Of a DNA stretch of 64,000 nt, positions 28,140-37,389 are shown piece after piece. The position numbers and the translations under genes were made by a program. Each line of letters begins with the position of its first letter. Position 1 is the stretch's first letter. Where the stretch lies: positions 80,052 to 144,051 of the forward strand of contig VGJO01000001.1 in assembly GCA_016867415.1 (NCBI GenBank). Reading direction: 5' to 3'. The notes beneath the pieces were generated by a model. The model was not told where the DNA came from. It saw nothing but the letters and a program-made list of their open reading frames with translations, and did no database searches. The stretch is from Candidatus Harrisonbacteria bacterium. GTDB lineage: Bacteria > Patescibacteriota > Minisyncoccia > UBA6257 > UBA11618.

Positions 28140-28835
28140 ATGCAACAGAAAGTTAGTCAGTTGATGGGTAACGGCCTTTTGAAACAAGGGTGTTACGAAG
28201 CTGCAGTCAAGTGCTTTATTGCTGCTAGTGATCATGAAAAAATCATCACCTGTGGCAACGAGTGCCTGAAGAGCGGCAAGCTCAAAGAAGGTCTGCAAGC
28301 CTACGAAGCATTAGGGAGGATGATTCCACCCGAACTGCTCATTGCTTGTGGCGATGCGATCGTGGAGCATAACTATGGTCACGGCTATTGTTATGCGATT
28401 AAGGCCTACCAGATGGCCGGTGCTTCGAGCAAACTCATCGCCTTTGGCGAGCGAATTCTTGGAGAAATTTCGAGTGACAATTCTAGAAGAGACAATGAGT
28501 ACTATTATGGGCTTGTCGTCGAGGCTTTTATAGCCAGCGGATCACTCGAAAAAATCCTAGAGATTGCCCGCTGCTGTTACAATGGTGGATTTTTGGAGCT
28601 TGCCTTGAAAGCCTATGAGGTCGTAAGGGATAGGGCTAGTCTCATTGAGCTCGGAGATCGATACGTGCGTATTGGAGATTACTCCCATGCCGCACATTCA
28701 TTTTCCATCGCTTCCTCCTGGGAAAAGCTAATTGAGGTTGGAGACCATCTCATAAAGGACGGCTATGAAGATAAGGCCCTAGGGTTTTATAAGCAAGCAA
28801 TCGAACTATATGAGCAATCCAAACTAGTTAGCTGA
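28140..28835 (+). CDS. Helical-repeat (TPR-like) protein
   Basis: Repeated KL(I)..GD/N..L..G.Y..A..AY units; own terminator 28855-28891. Confidence 0.75.
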   Translation: MQQKVSQLMGNGLLKQGCYEAAVKCFIAASDHEKIITCGNECLKSGKLKEGLQAYEALGRMIPPELLIACGDAIVEHNYGHGYCYAIKAYQMAGASSKLIAFGERILGEISSDNSRRDNEYYYGLVVEAFIASGSLEKILEIARCCYNGGFLELALKAYEVVRDRASLIELGDRYVRIGDYSHAAHSFSIASSWEKLIEVGDHLIKDGYEDKALGFYKQAIELYEQSKLVS

Positions 28836-28978
28836 GATCCATCTCGCCCTAAATACCCCAACGATCACGTCATGTGATCCGCGGGGTTTTTCTTTTCTAA
28901 AAAGTTAAGATTCTTACTCTATTTAGTAAAAATGTATGAACGTCGGCTTTCTAGGAAATTATAAAACTTCGCATTACA

Positions 28979-29160
28979 CCACGCGAAGTAATTTTGAGTC
29001 GAGTTTACGATTTATTTCTGAGGACAAGCCCGGGAGCACTACTAAGAAAAAGGTATGTCGAAGGTATGGAGTACTCTCCGTACCGGAGATCTCGAGTGCT
29101 CTCGAGGTGAAGGACTTACCGGAAGAAAAAATCGCAAAATTGGCCAAAAGTACGAGCGCC
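28979..29160 (+). repeat. Long-hairpin repeat family copy with two-hairpin module
   Basis: CCACGCGAAGTAATTTTG...GAGGACAAGCCCGGGAGC...[GGTATGGAG-TACT-CTCCGTACC; TCTCGAG-TGCT-CTCGAGG]...CCAAAAGTACGAGCGCC. Confidence 0.9.
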
Positions 29161-29163
29161 TTA

Positions 29164-31035
29164 TCAGATGGATAGGTCGGGTCGGAGTAATTGCAACTTA
29201 CTCCTCAATCTTCCCAATTCCTTCTGATCCCCCTCCTCCATCGCAATCCGTGCCTGAATCTGGATAAATTCAATGCGAGTAGGCGAATAATCTTCCCCTG
29301 TTTTAGCAAGTGCTTTTGCTTTCTCACTATATTGCGGATTTTTTGTCGCTTCAAATGCCGCCATGTAGAGCAAGTTGTATATATAGTGATTTTTTATACC
29401 TGGATAGATCGTGGGCTCATACCATTTGTCCGCCATCCCTAGTACTCGGTTCATGAAGTTAGGATCTCGAGGAAGCGCCGGGTTTTCCTTTTGAGCCATT
29501 TGAATCGCATTTTGCAAAAAGAGGAAGAGACTACTTTCTAGCTCTGACTGCCCTACTACCGACTTATATTGCAATGCCTTCTCATAGTCATTCAGCGCTT
29601 GGTCTAAATTTTTCGCATTATAGACCGCCGATGTGATAAGGAGGACATTTTTTCGATAAATAGTGTAAGTGAGACCAAATCCAGTAAGGAGTAATAAGAC
29701 AATGACTGCCTGCCCTCCTGCTCGCGTAAAAGTTAGTTGTTTTCTTTGCGTCATAAGCTTAGAAAGAGCTGTTTCCTCAAGAAAGCCGGCGGTGTTTGCT
29801 GTGTAAAAAGCCAGGAAGAGAAAAAGCATGAGATACGTTGGCAAGATGGCAAAGATAGTCAGTCCCTGGATGATAAACATAAGCGGCATGATAAGAAAAA
29901 TAATCCGCCATATTCCCGAAGGAATCTTTTTTAAGCTCATATAGTAGGCGATAAAGATTCCAATATAAGCAAGAAGGAGAAGGATTCCCCCATTCATTAA
30001 TTCGTCAATAAAGATATTATGAGCCCGATCAAACCATGACTCTCTTCCAAAGTGATTGGGATTATAATACATATCAAAGACCGAAGGGAAACTCTCCGCT
30101 CCATACCCCAAAAGTGGTCGTTCTAAAAATCCTTGGTACGCTGATCCCCAGGTCCAAAAACGAGTATTAAATGCTTCTAGAATATTTCCTCCCTTTTCTG
30201 CTGAAACAAGAAAAAGTGAGCCAAAAGTAATAAAGCTAATAAGAAGGACTAAAAACGCATAGAAAAAAGTCTTTGCTTTTTTATTAAGCTTCTCGAAGTA
30301 ATAGAGATGAAGGTGGGGGATGAGAAGCAAGAGTCCGACTACGCCGCCAATTCCCACTGCCCCCAAAGCCGCTGTCGTCTTTGATCGGTAAAAAACGAAG
30401 ATCGCCCAAAGAGTGTACCAGGCAAGCATAGTCCAGGTTTTCACCGATTTTGTATTCTGACTCATCCAATAAAGGTAAAAGAAGATAAATATCATATAGC
30501 CTCCAAGATACGAGGCATTTCCTAATGTTCCTGCTACCTGTGAGGCACTTCCAATGAAAAAACTAGGTGCTATACCGAAAGCCTGCGCGGTCGCATAGAG
30601 CATCACATAGAGAGTCTCAATAAGGAGAAATGAGATGAGCCATTTCCAATGCTGTTTCGTTGTATAGGTGGAGATAAGAAGCACGTAAAAAGTCACATAG
30701 TGAATGATTTGAAATCCCCCTTCCGCCCGTTCAAAGTTAGACCAAAAAGAAAAACCTGGGTTGATTCCAGTAAGTGAAGTAAGGACATAAAAAAATGCAT
30801 ATGCAAGAACTGCGATCGAGACCGGATGCCTCAACCGTTCTTTGATGACTGTCCAGTACCCCGGATTATAAATGAGATAACTCAAGAGGCAAAAAAGGGC
30901 GATTTCCACCATCGATCGGAAATAGAGCGCCTTTCCGGTAATAAAGGGGAAGTACAAACCTCGGGTAACAAGGAGAAATGAAAGAAGTGCCGCCCCGGTA
31001 AAAATCCGCGCCGCTCTGATAAAAAAAGTATTCAT
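29164..31035 (-). CDS. O-antigen ligase/oligosaccharyltransferase-like membrane protein (Wzy_C) with helical C-terminus
   Basis: SFWSNFERAEG, GTLGNASYLGGY, RFWTW...ERPLLGYGAESF, WFDRAHNIFIDEL. Confidence 0.85.
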   Translation of the reverse strand: MNTFFIRAARIFTGAALLSFLLVTRGLYFPFITGKALYFRSMVEIALFCLLSYLIYNPGYWTVIKERLRHPVSIAVLAYAFFYVLTSLTGINPGFSFWSNFERAEGGFQIIHYVTFYVLLISTYTTKQHWKWLISFLLIETLYVMLYATAQAFGIAPSFFIGSASQVAGTLGNASYLGGYMIFIFFYLYWMSQNTKSVKTWTMLAWYTLWAIFVFYRSKTTAALGAVGIGGVVGLLLLIPHLHLYYFEKLNKKAKTFFYAFLVLLISFITFGSLFLVSAEKGGNILEAFNTRFWTWGSAYQGFLERPLLGYGAESFPSVFDMYYNPNHFGRESWFDRAHNIFIDELMNGGILLLLAYIGIFIAYYMSLKKIPSGIWRIIFLIMPLMFIIQGLTIFAILPTYLMLFLFLAFYTANTAGFLEETALSKLMTQRKQLTFTRAGGQAVIVLLLLTGFGLTYTIYRKNVLLITSAVYNAKNLDQALNDYEKALQYKSVVGQSELESSLFLFLQNAIQMAQKENPALPRDPNFMNRVLGMADKWYEPTIYPGIKNHYIYNLLYMAAFEATKNPQYSEKAKALAKTGEDYSPTRIEFIQIQARIAMEEGDQKELGRLRSKLQLLRPDLSI

Positions 31036-31145
31036 AAAGAAGTTCTATTTATTGTATCGTCCCTTATCTATTTTCTCAAAGACACGAGGTAGTAATTATG
31101 TAAATATTTGCAAACTTATTGCTATCTATTATACTTCTCACCGCT

Positions 31146-31964
31146 ATGATTACCCCTCACATTTCTGGAAAAGATGCCGCCTTCCGCCTTCTCCGAGCCT
31201 CTCTTCATGTTCGCCGCTCCGAGCTCCGCATTCGTCTTGAGTATTGGGTTTTTGAACTCCTCGAATCCTGTGCTGTGGGCGATAGAGACCGTATTGCTCG
31301 CTCCCTTTCTGTTGCCTCTGAGCTTATTGCCTTTGCCGAACAAATAAATGAGCTTGATCCTATTTCTTACCAGGAGTTAATTTCCTCACTGGAAGGAATA
31401 GAAGAAAAGTGGAAGGATATGAAAGAATTAAAAAAAGAGGATATTTCAGAAAATTTCCCTATTAGGCAAAATACGGCAAAAGAAGAAAATATAAATACGG
31501 CAATAAGGCAAAAAAAGGAAATTTTAGAAAATAATACGGCAATATACGGCAATAATTCTTATAAAAAAGAAAAAGAAGTATCTTCAAATTCAACGGAAAA
31601 GGAAGTTGAAAAAGAATCCCGTGGTTTTAGTCATCTCTTAAGTGGAGAAACCTTCTCTTCTGAAGACCCTCGTTCTTCTTATCTCGATGAAGCCCCTATT
31701 ATATCTTCTTCAGAAACCATAAAAAACTCTGAAAGAGAAGAAGATCTTGATAATAACAGTCCTCGGACAATCATGCGCCAAAGCGCCATTCTTCGCAGAG
31801 TTCGGGAAAGTGGTGGATTAGGCTGCCGCTTAAAGGAGTTAATTGAGGAATTTCCCCAGGTTTCCGAGCGTACTCTTCGCTACGATCTCGAACGCCTGAT
31901 TAATCAAGGTCATATTATTCGCGTAGGTCAAGGCCCAGTCTCCACCTATCTTAGTAAGTCTTAA
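31146..31964 (+). CDS. Hypothetical protein with C-terminal DeoR-like winged HTH
   Basis: RQSAILRRV...LKELIEEFPQVSERTLRYDLERLINQGHIIRVG; start uncertain (ATG 31146 or TTG 31119). Confidence 0.75.
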   Translation: MITPHISGKDAAFRLLRASLHVRRSELRIRLEYWVFELLESCAVGDRDRIARSLSVASELIAFAEQINELDPISYQELISSLEGIEEKWKDMKELKKEDISENFPIRQNTAKEENINTAIRQKKEILENNTAIYGNNSYKKEKEVSSNSTEKEVEKESRGFSHLLSGETFSSEDPRSSYLDEAPIISSSETIKNSEREEDLDNNSPRTIMRQSAILRRVRESGGLGCRLKELIEEFPQVSERTLRYDLERLINQGHIIRVGQGPVSTYLSKS

Positions 31965-32135
31965 ATTAGCAAAAAAGCTAAAAATAAAGCCTATTTTTAA
32001 AAGAATAAGTATGTATAGTATGTATTATAATTATGCAACTTAAATTTTAATATTCCTACCGTAACTCTTTTAACTCTCTCTCGTTGTAATAATTGCAGAA
32101 ACGACAGACTATATCCGCGTGGCCGTTCTTATTAA

Positions 32136-32271
32136 TTGACTTTCGGCAGCTAAGTACGCTAGTATATAGCTGCTAATAATACATAAAGAACTGATCCCGT
32201 GTGAGGCTGGATTGGCTCAAAAAGGCTCATTATCTGGGCCATTTTGCCACCGACCTTACCGTCGGTTTTTT
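32136..32271 (+). promoter_or_regulatory. Promoter, overlapping inverted repeat and leader terminator upstream of the S-layer-like gene
   Basis: TTGACT-18-TAGTAT; GCAGCTA...TAGCTGC IR at 32146-32173; ACCGAC-cttacc-GTCGGT plus T-tract at 32249-32271. Confidence 0.5.
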
Positions 32272-32426
32272 GTTATTAGTGGTTACCCCTCTCTTTTGCC
32301 AAGACAGAAAAGCAGTAAAAGCTCAATGTCAAAAAACAAATTGGTCGATAAGAATTAGGTAGCTTGATATGTCAATACAAATTACATTACTAACTAGAAT
32401 TCTTTAAGAAACGTTAATCATAAAAA

Positions 32427-35400
32427 ATGAACAGTCATTTCAGAAAAATCACGTCCGTGGCGGTTTCCGCTACGACCGTGGCCTGGTTGTCTGGTGCTTC
32501 GATGCTTATGCCCGCGGCTTTTGCCCAGAGCGTGACCGATGTTGCTAGTCTTCAGGCGCTTATTGCTCAGCTTACTGCGCAGCTTGCGGCTTTGCAGGGC
32601 AGTGGTTCTGCTTCGACCGGTGTTTCCGTTGCGGGTATTCCCGCCGGATTTCAGTTTACCAGCAACCTCACTGTTGGTAGCCGAGGCACCGATGTGAAGT
32701 ATCTTCAGATGCTTTTGAACGCGGATTCCGCTACTCAAGTTGCCGCTTCCGGCGCTGGCTCTCGTGGTTTAGAGACCGATTCCTTCGGTCCTCGCACCAA
32801 GGCGGCTGTAGCAAAGTTCCAAAATAAATATGCGAGCGAAGTTTTGACTCCTGCTGGTCTTACTACTGGTACTGGTTACTGGGGTGCGGCCACTCGTGCC
32901 AAGGCTAACTCGATCGTAATGGCAGGCGGCAGTACTACTCCTACTCCGACTCCTACGCCGGGCATTACTGGCGCGGTAGTTGTTTCCCTTGCTAGCGACA
33001 CTCCGGTGGCGTCAAACGTCCCGAAGGGCGCTTCGCAAATTCCATTTACCAAGCTTGTCTTCACTGGCAACGGCAGAATCGATTCTTTGACCTTTAAGCG
33101 GGTCGGCGTCGGTCAGACCGGCGACTTTGTCTCAAGTGGTATCAACCTCTATGAGGGTGCCACTCGTTTGACCACTGGCAAGACTATCAATTCCACCAGC
33201 CACGAGGTGAACTTCCCGAACTTGAATCTTCAAGTAAGCGGTACTCGCACTCTCTTGCTCGCTGCGGACATTAGTTCCAGCGCGACCTCTGGTGATTTGA
33301 ACGGTTTCACTCTTATCAGTGCGATCATCGATGGTAAGACTCAGGCTACCGATATTCGTGGCGCTCAGATTGCTATCTCGGGAGCTTCCGTCGGTGCTGC
33401 GACCAGCACCAAGCAGGGCTCTCTCTCCAATCCGAACGTTGGTCAGGTTGCTGCCAAGGTTTCCGAGTTCAAGATTACCGCTGGGACTGCGGAAGATATC
33501 ATGGTAAAGAAAATCGTCTTGACCAATGGTGGCTCGATGAGCTCTGCTAATCTCACTAATGTGACCATTAAGCAAAGTGGTACCACTCTTGGTACTGCTG
33601 CTGCGGTCTCTGGTCGAGATCTCTTTGTGGTTGACTTCACCACTCCTCTTCAGATCTTAAAGGGTCAGTCGAAGAATTTCGAAGTCTTTGGTAACATCAG
33701 TCCTTTGGCGAAGAGAGCGGAAACTATCAAGCTCTATCTTGATACGACCTCTGATATCTTTGCAACTGGTGCTACCTACGGTTATGGCGTCTCGATGGAC
33801 ATCAGCGAATTTGATTCCGATTCGTCTAATCACCACGTCTTAACTCTCTCTGGCGCTGAAGTAACCATCACCTTCAATGGTCCGGTTGCTCGCAATATTC
33901 CGGTCCGTGGTCAGGATGTCACTTTGTTTGACTTCTCGATCGCTTCCGCGAATAACATCGAAATCCGCAACTCGTCCTTCACTGTGGCGATTGCCAACTG
34001 GGCGTCTGGTGACGAAGTCACCGATTTCAAGGTTATTGATGCGTCTACTGGCGCGGCGGTAACGAGTGCTACCACTATTGGTGACTCGGCTGCTACCGAA
34101 TCAGTATCCTTCACTGACACTATTAATATTGCTGCCGGCCAGACCCGCAAGTTCTTGGTAACTGGTGACATCAGCTCCACTATGGATGCTAGCGACACTA
34201 TTACTGTGACCTTGGGTGCCTTTGGTTCCAGCTCTATTAAGAACTTGGATAACAACCAGTTTGTCAGCACTTCGGATATCGTTCCTGCTACTGCGATCGC
34301 GGGTAACACTCAGACCGTAAAGGCAGTAACGCTCGATGTGACTCTCTCTGGTACTCCCGCTTCCCACAATGTGGTAAAGGGTTCCTCCAACGAACAGCTT
34401 GTTGGCTTCAATTTGAAGGCGACCAGCGGTAAGGTTCGTGTGAGCTCCTTGACGGTTTCCGCTTCGGCGGCTCCCGGTAGCGAAACCCAGGTTCGCAATG
34501 ACCTTCGCAGTGCTTCTCTCTTGATTGACGGCGTAATGGTCGGATCTAAGAAGAGTTTCACTGATGAGGGAGATGTTTCCTCTGCTGCCTTTGACAATTT
34601 GAATTACGAGATTGAAGAAGGTAAGACCGTGAAAGCGGTTGTGCAGGTGGATCAGATCTCGACCGATGCGACTTCGGGCAATGTGTATCGTGCGTACATC
34701 AATGATCTCTCCGCTGATATCTCGGCGACTGATGTTGATGGCAATGCGCTTTCCTTGTCTGGTAGTGTCAACGGTGGCGACACGACTGCTGGTACTGTGA
34801 CTGTGACTGTCGCTACTCCGACCGTGCAGATTTCTAAGATCGATGATCAGGAGACCGAAGAGGGCCTTGTCGTCGGTGGTCAGGAACAGCGCTTGGCGAA
34901 GTTTGAAGTCTTTGCTCAGTACTCTGATGTCCGAATTAATAAGTGGCGTGTTGGTGTAAACACCTCGGCTGCCGCGGGCACCACCACTGCTCTTAATGAG
35001 GAGGTCAAAGAAATTCGTCTCTATGACGGCGCCACTCTTATTGCCTCTGGAGTTCCTTCTGGTAGCGGTGCGGATGCGGGTGCGGTCAAGTTTGAGAACA
35101 CTGCTGGTCTCTTCTCGGTTGCTGCAAACAGCACCAAGAAGATTGAGGTTCGCGCCATGTTGGGTGAAGTGACTGGTGTGACTGGTGGCGCTGACACTGG
35201 TTCGAGTATTGTCGCCTATTCTTCAAGTTCTGACTTTGAAGCGGTCGCTGGCAACACTCAACTCACGACCTTCTCTTCGACCACTCCTCCTATCGGCAAT
35301 ATCAAGAGACTCTATCGCAGCATTCCGACTGTGGATGTCTCAAGTCCCTCAAGCGCTGTCCTTACGGCTGGCGAAGTTGAGGCCTTGAAGTTCACGATCT

Positions 35401-35864
35401 CTGCTGATCCGAAGGGTGATGTTGATGTAGCAAGAGTCGAGTTCGAAGTGTCCGTGAGCAACGCTACTATTACTGCTGACAGTATTGTGGTTCGATATGC
35501 TGGGAGCAATATCACGCTTTCAACGTCCACTATCATTGCGGCAAATCCTTCTACCACTACCGCTTCGGGTACCATTTCGTTCACTACTCCGGAGAGAATC
35601 AGCGCCGGCCAGTCTAAGACCTACTCTGTGTTCTTGACTGTTGGGGCGGTTGGTTCCGGATCTGCGTCGCTTGTCACCAAGCTTCTCAGAGACGAAACAG
35701 CTTTTGCCACTCCGGCCTCCCGCGCGAGCTTGGACGTTACTGCGAATTCCTTCGTATGGAGCGATCGCGGTATCTCGCCTCACAGCGTGAGCACTGCCGA
35801 CTTTCACAATGGCTTCAGAGTGAAGACTCTTCCCTCTGGCGCCAAGGCTTTATCTAAGAGCTAA
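32427..35864 (+). CDS. Large secreted surface (S-layer-like) protein with peptidoglycan-binding-like domain
   Basis: Signal peptide AFA, LQALIAQLTAQLAALQG coiled coil, LTVGSRGTDVKYLQMLLN...FGPRTKAAVAKFQ, PT linker, Ser/Thr/Ala/Val-rich beta-type repeats. Confidence 0.8.
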   Translation: MNSHFRKITSVAVSATTVAWLSGASMLMPAAFAQSVTDVASLQALIAQLTAQLAALQGSGSASTGVSVAGIPAGFQFTSNLTVGSRGTDVKYLQMLLNADSATQVAASGAGSRGLETDSFGPRTKAAVAKFQNKYASEVLTPAGLTTGTGYWGAATRAKANSIVMAGGSTTPTPTPTPGITGAVVVSLASDTPVASNVPKGASQIPFTKLVFTGNGRIDSLTFKRVGVGQTGDFVSSGINLYEGATRLTTGKTINSTSHEVNFPNLNLQVSGTRTLLLAADISSSATSGDLNGFTLISAIIDGKTQATDIRGAQIAISGASVGAATSTKQGSLSNPNVGQVAAKVSEFKITAGTAEDIMVKKIVLTNGGSMSSANLTNVTIKQSGTTLGTAAAVSGRDLFVVDFTTPLQILKGQSKNFEVFGNISPLAKRAETIKLYLDTTSDIFATGATYGYGVSMDISEFDSDSSNHHVLTLSGAEVTITFNGPVARNIPVRGQDVTLFDFSIASANNIEIRNSSFTVAIANWASGDEVTDFKVIDASTGAAVTSATTIGDSAATESVSFTDTINIAAGQTRKFLVTGDISSTMDASDTITVTLGAFGSSSIKNLDNNQFVSTSDIVPATAIAGNTQTVKAVTLDVTLSGTPASHNVVKGSSNEQLVGFNLKATSGKVRVSSLTVSASAAPGSETQVRNDLRSASLLIDGVMVGSKKSFTDEGDVSSAAFDNLNYEIEEGKTVKAVVQVDQISTDATSGNVYRAYINDLSADISATDVDGNALSLSGSVNGGDTTAGTVTVTVATPTVQISKIDDQETEEGLVVGGQEQRLAKFEVFAQYSDVRINKWRVGVNTSAAAGTTTALNEEVKEIRLYDGATLIASGVPSGSGADAGAVKFENTAGLFSVAANSTKKIEVRAMLGEVTGVTGGADTGSSIVAYSSSSDFEAVAGNTQLTTFSSTTPPIGNIKRLYRSIPTVDVSSPSSAVLTAGEVEALKFTISADPKGDVDVARVEFEVSVSNATITADSIVVRYAGSNITLSTSTIIAANPSTTTASGTISFTTPERISAGQSKTYSVFLTVGAVGSGSASLVTKLLRDETAFATPASRASLDVTANSFVWSDRGISPHSVSTADFHNGFRVKTLPSGAKALSKS

Positions 35865-35903
35865 TCCAATTAGCTTCTAGGGAAAACCTAGTGTTATTCG
35901 ACG

Positions 35904-35931
35904 CAAAAATCCCCCTCCCGGGGGATTTTTG
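35904..35931. terminator. Intrinsic terminator
   Basis: CAAAAATCCCCC-tccc-GGGGGATTTTTG. Confidence 0.85.
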
Positions 35932-36020
35932 TTTTATAACAGTAAGTCCTGTACTTAATCAAAAAAAAATGTTTTAATCTAATATTCCTAATACTTAATT
36001 TTTAAAGATTTTGCCCGTCG

Positions 36021-36195
36021 CCACGCGAAGTAATTTTGGATGGAGTTTGTGATTTCTTTCCGAGGAGCCGCCGCAACGTATAAATAAAAGGTATGTCGAA
36101 GGTACTTAGTACTCTAATACCGGAGATCTCGAGTACTCTCGAGGTGAAGAAGCTAGCACAGAAAAAACTGCGAAAATTCGCCAAAAAACAAGCTT
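36021..36195 (+). repeat. Long-hairpin repeat family copy with two-hairpin module
   Basis: CCACGCGAAGTAATTTTGGATGGAGTTTG...[GGTACTTAG-TACT-CTAATACC; TCTCGAG-TACT-CTCGAGG]...AAATTCGCCAAAAAACAAGCTT. Confidence 0.9.
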
Positions 36196-36200
36196 ATACC

Positions 36201-37385
36201 ATGAATAAAAAGATGAGTAAAAAAGTTTTATTAATAATTACGCAACCCACCTGGGGCGGCGCCCAACGCCATGTCTTTGATCTCGCTCTTGGCCTAAAAG
36301 AGGAAGGTTTCAAGGTGGTGGTAGGGACAGGGAAACCCAAGTCTTCTGCTAAAGAAGACTCTCTTCTCATCGAAAAGTTAAGAGAAAAAGAAATCACCAC
36401 TCAAATCTTTTCTCATCTCACCCGTCCTATTAGACCCCTTTCAGACATTCGCGCTATTTTCGAAATCTTTTCTTTCCTCCAAAAAAATAAAATAAATATT
36501 CTCCATCTCCATAGTTCGAAGGCCGGGGTGGTGGGAGCGGTGGCCGGCTTTCTTGCTCGCACCCCTCGCCGTCTTTTTACCGCTCACGGCTTAGTGCTGA
36601 ATGAGCCTCTTCCCCGGTATCTTCATGGTCTCTATTACATCCTTGAATGGATTAGCTTCCGCCTCTCGCATCACATCATTACCGTCTCTGATTTCGACCG
36701 TCATATTGCGCTAAAAAGTCGTCTCACTTCTCCTCTTAAAATCTCCACAATCTGGAACGGCATTGATCAAAAAGTATTTACCTCTTCACTCTTACCTAAA
36801 GAGACTGCTCGAAGAAAAATTCTCTCTCTCTTTCCCCACTCCATAGATGAAAAAAACTTCATTATCGGAACCATCGCTCATTTCTACAAGAATAAGGGCC
36901 TCTCTTTTTTAGTTTCCGCGGCCGAGATCGTGGTAAAAAGTTTCCCGCAAGCCCACTTTGTCATTATAGGGAGTGAAGGTTCGGAGCGCGCTTCTATTGA
37001 GCAAAAAATAAAAGAGTGCTCACTTGAAAAAAACATTCACTTGCTAGGTTTCATAGAAAATCCCGAATCATTATTAAATAGTTTTGACCTCTATGTTTCC
37101 TCATCTCTCAAAGAAGGCCTTCCATACTCCTTAATCTCAGCTCTTTCTGCGGAAGTACCAATAGTGGCTACTCAGGTTGGTGGCTGTTCTGAAATTATTA
37201 TTAATGAAGAAAATGGACTCCTTGTCCCTCCTGCCGACGCACCTGTTCTTGCTTCTGCTATTAGCCGCTTCCTAATCTCTCCTCACCTAAAAGAAAAAAC
37301 AAGAGAAAATAATAAAGTCCGCTCCTCGCTCTTCTCCCTTTTTGAAATGATTGATAAAACTATCGCAATCTACGATAATCGCTAG
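36201..37385 (+). CDS. Glycosyltransferase family 4
   Basis: ITQPTWGGAQRHV, HLHSSKAG, SSLKEGLPYSLISA; start reset to ATG 36201 (or 36213). Confidence 0.9.
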   Translation: MNKKMSKKVLLIITQPTWGGAQRHVFDLALGLKEEGFKVVVGTGKPKSSAKEDSLLIEKLREKEITTQIFSHLTRPIRPLSDIRAIFEIFSFLQKNKINILHLHSSKAGVVGAVAGFLARTPRRLFTAHGLVLNEPLPRYLHGLYYILEWISFRLSHHIITVSDFDRHIALKSRLTSPLKISTIWNGIDQKVFTSSLLPKETARRKILSLFPHSIDEKNFIIGTIAHFYKNKGLSFLVSAAEIVVKSFPQAHFVIIGSEGSERASIEQKIKECSLEKNIHLLGFIENPESLLNSFDLYVSSSLKEGLPYSLISALSAEVPIVATQVGGCSEIIINEENGLLVPPADAPVLASAISRFLISPHLKEKTRENNKVRSSLFSLFEMIDKTIAIYDNR

Positions 37386-37389
37386 AAAT

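Noticed and set aside
32190-32215. Resemblance of ACTGATCCCGTGTGAGGCT to the 23S rRNA 3' end
   Set aside because: Too short and inexact, with no other rRNA sequence around it
32418-35807. Antisense ORFs over the S-layer-like gene, clpB, rny and gpmI
   Set aside because: Shadow ORFs arising from codon bias of well-supported genes on the opposite strand
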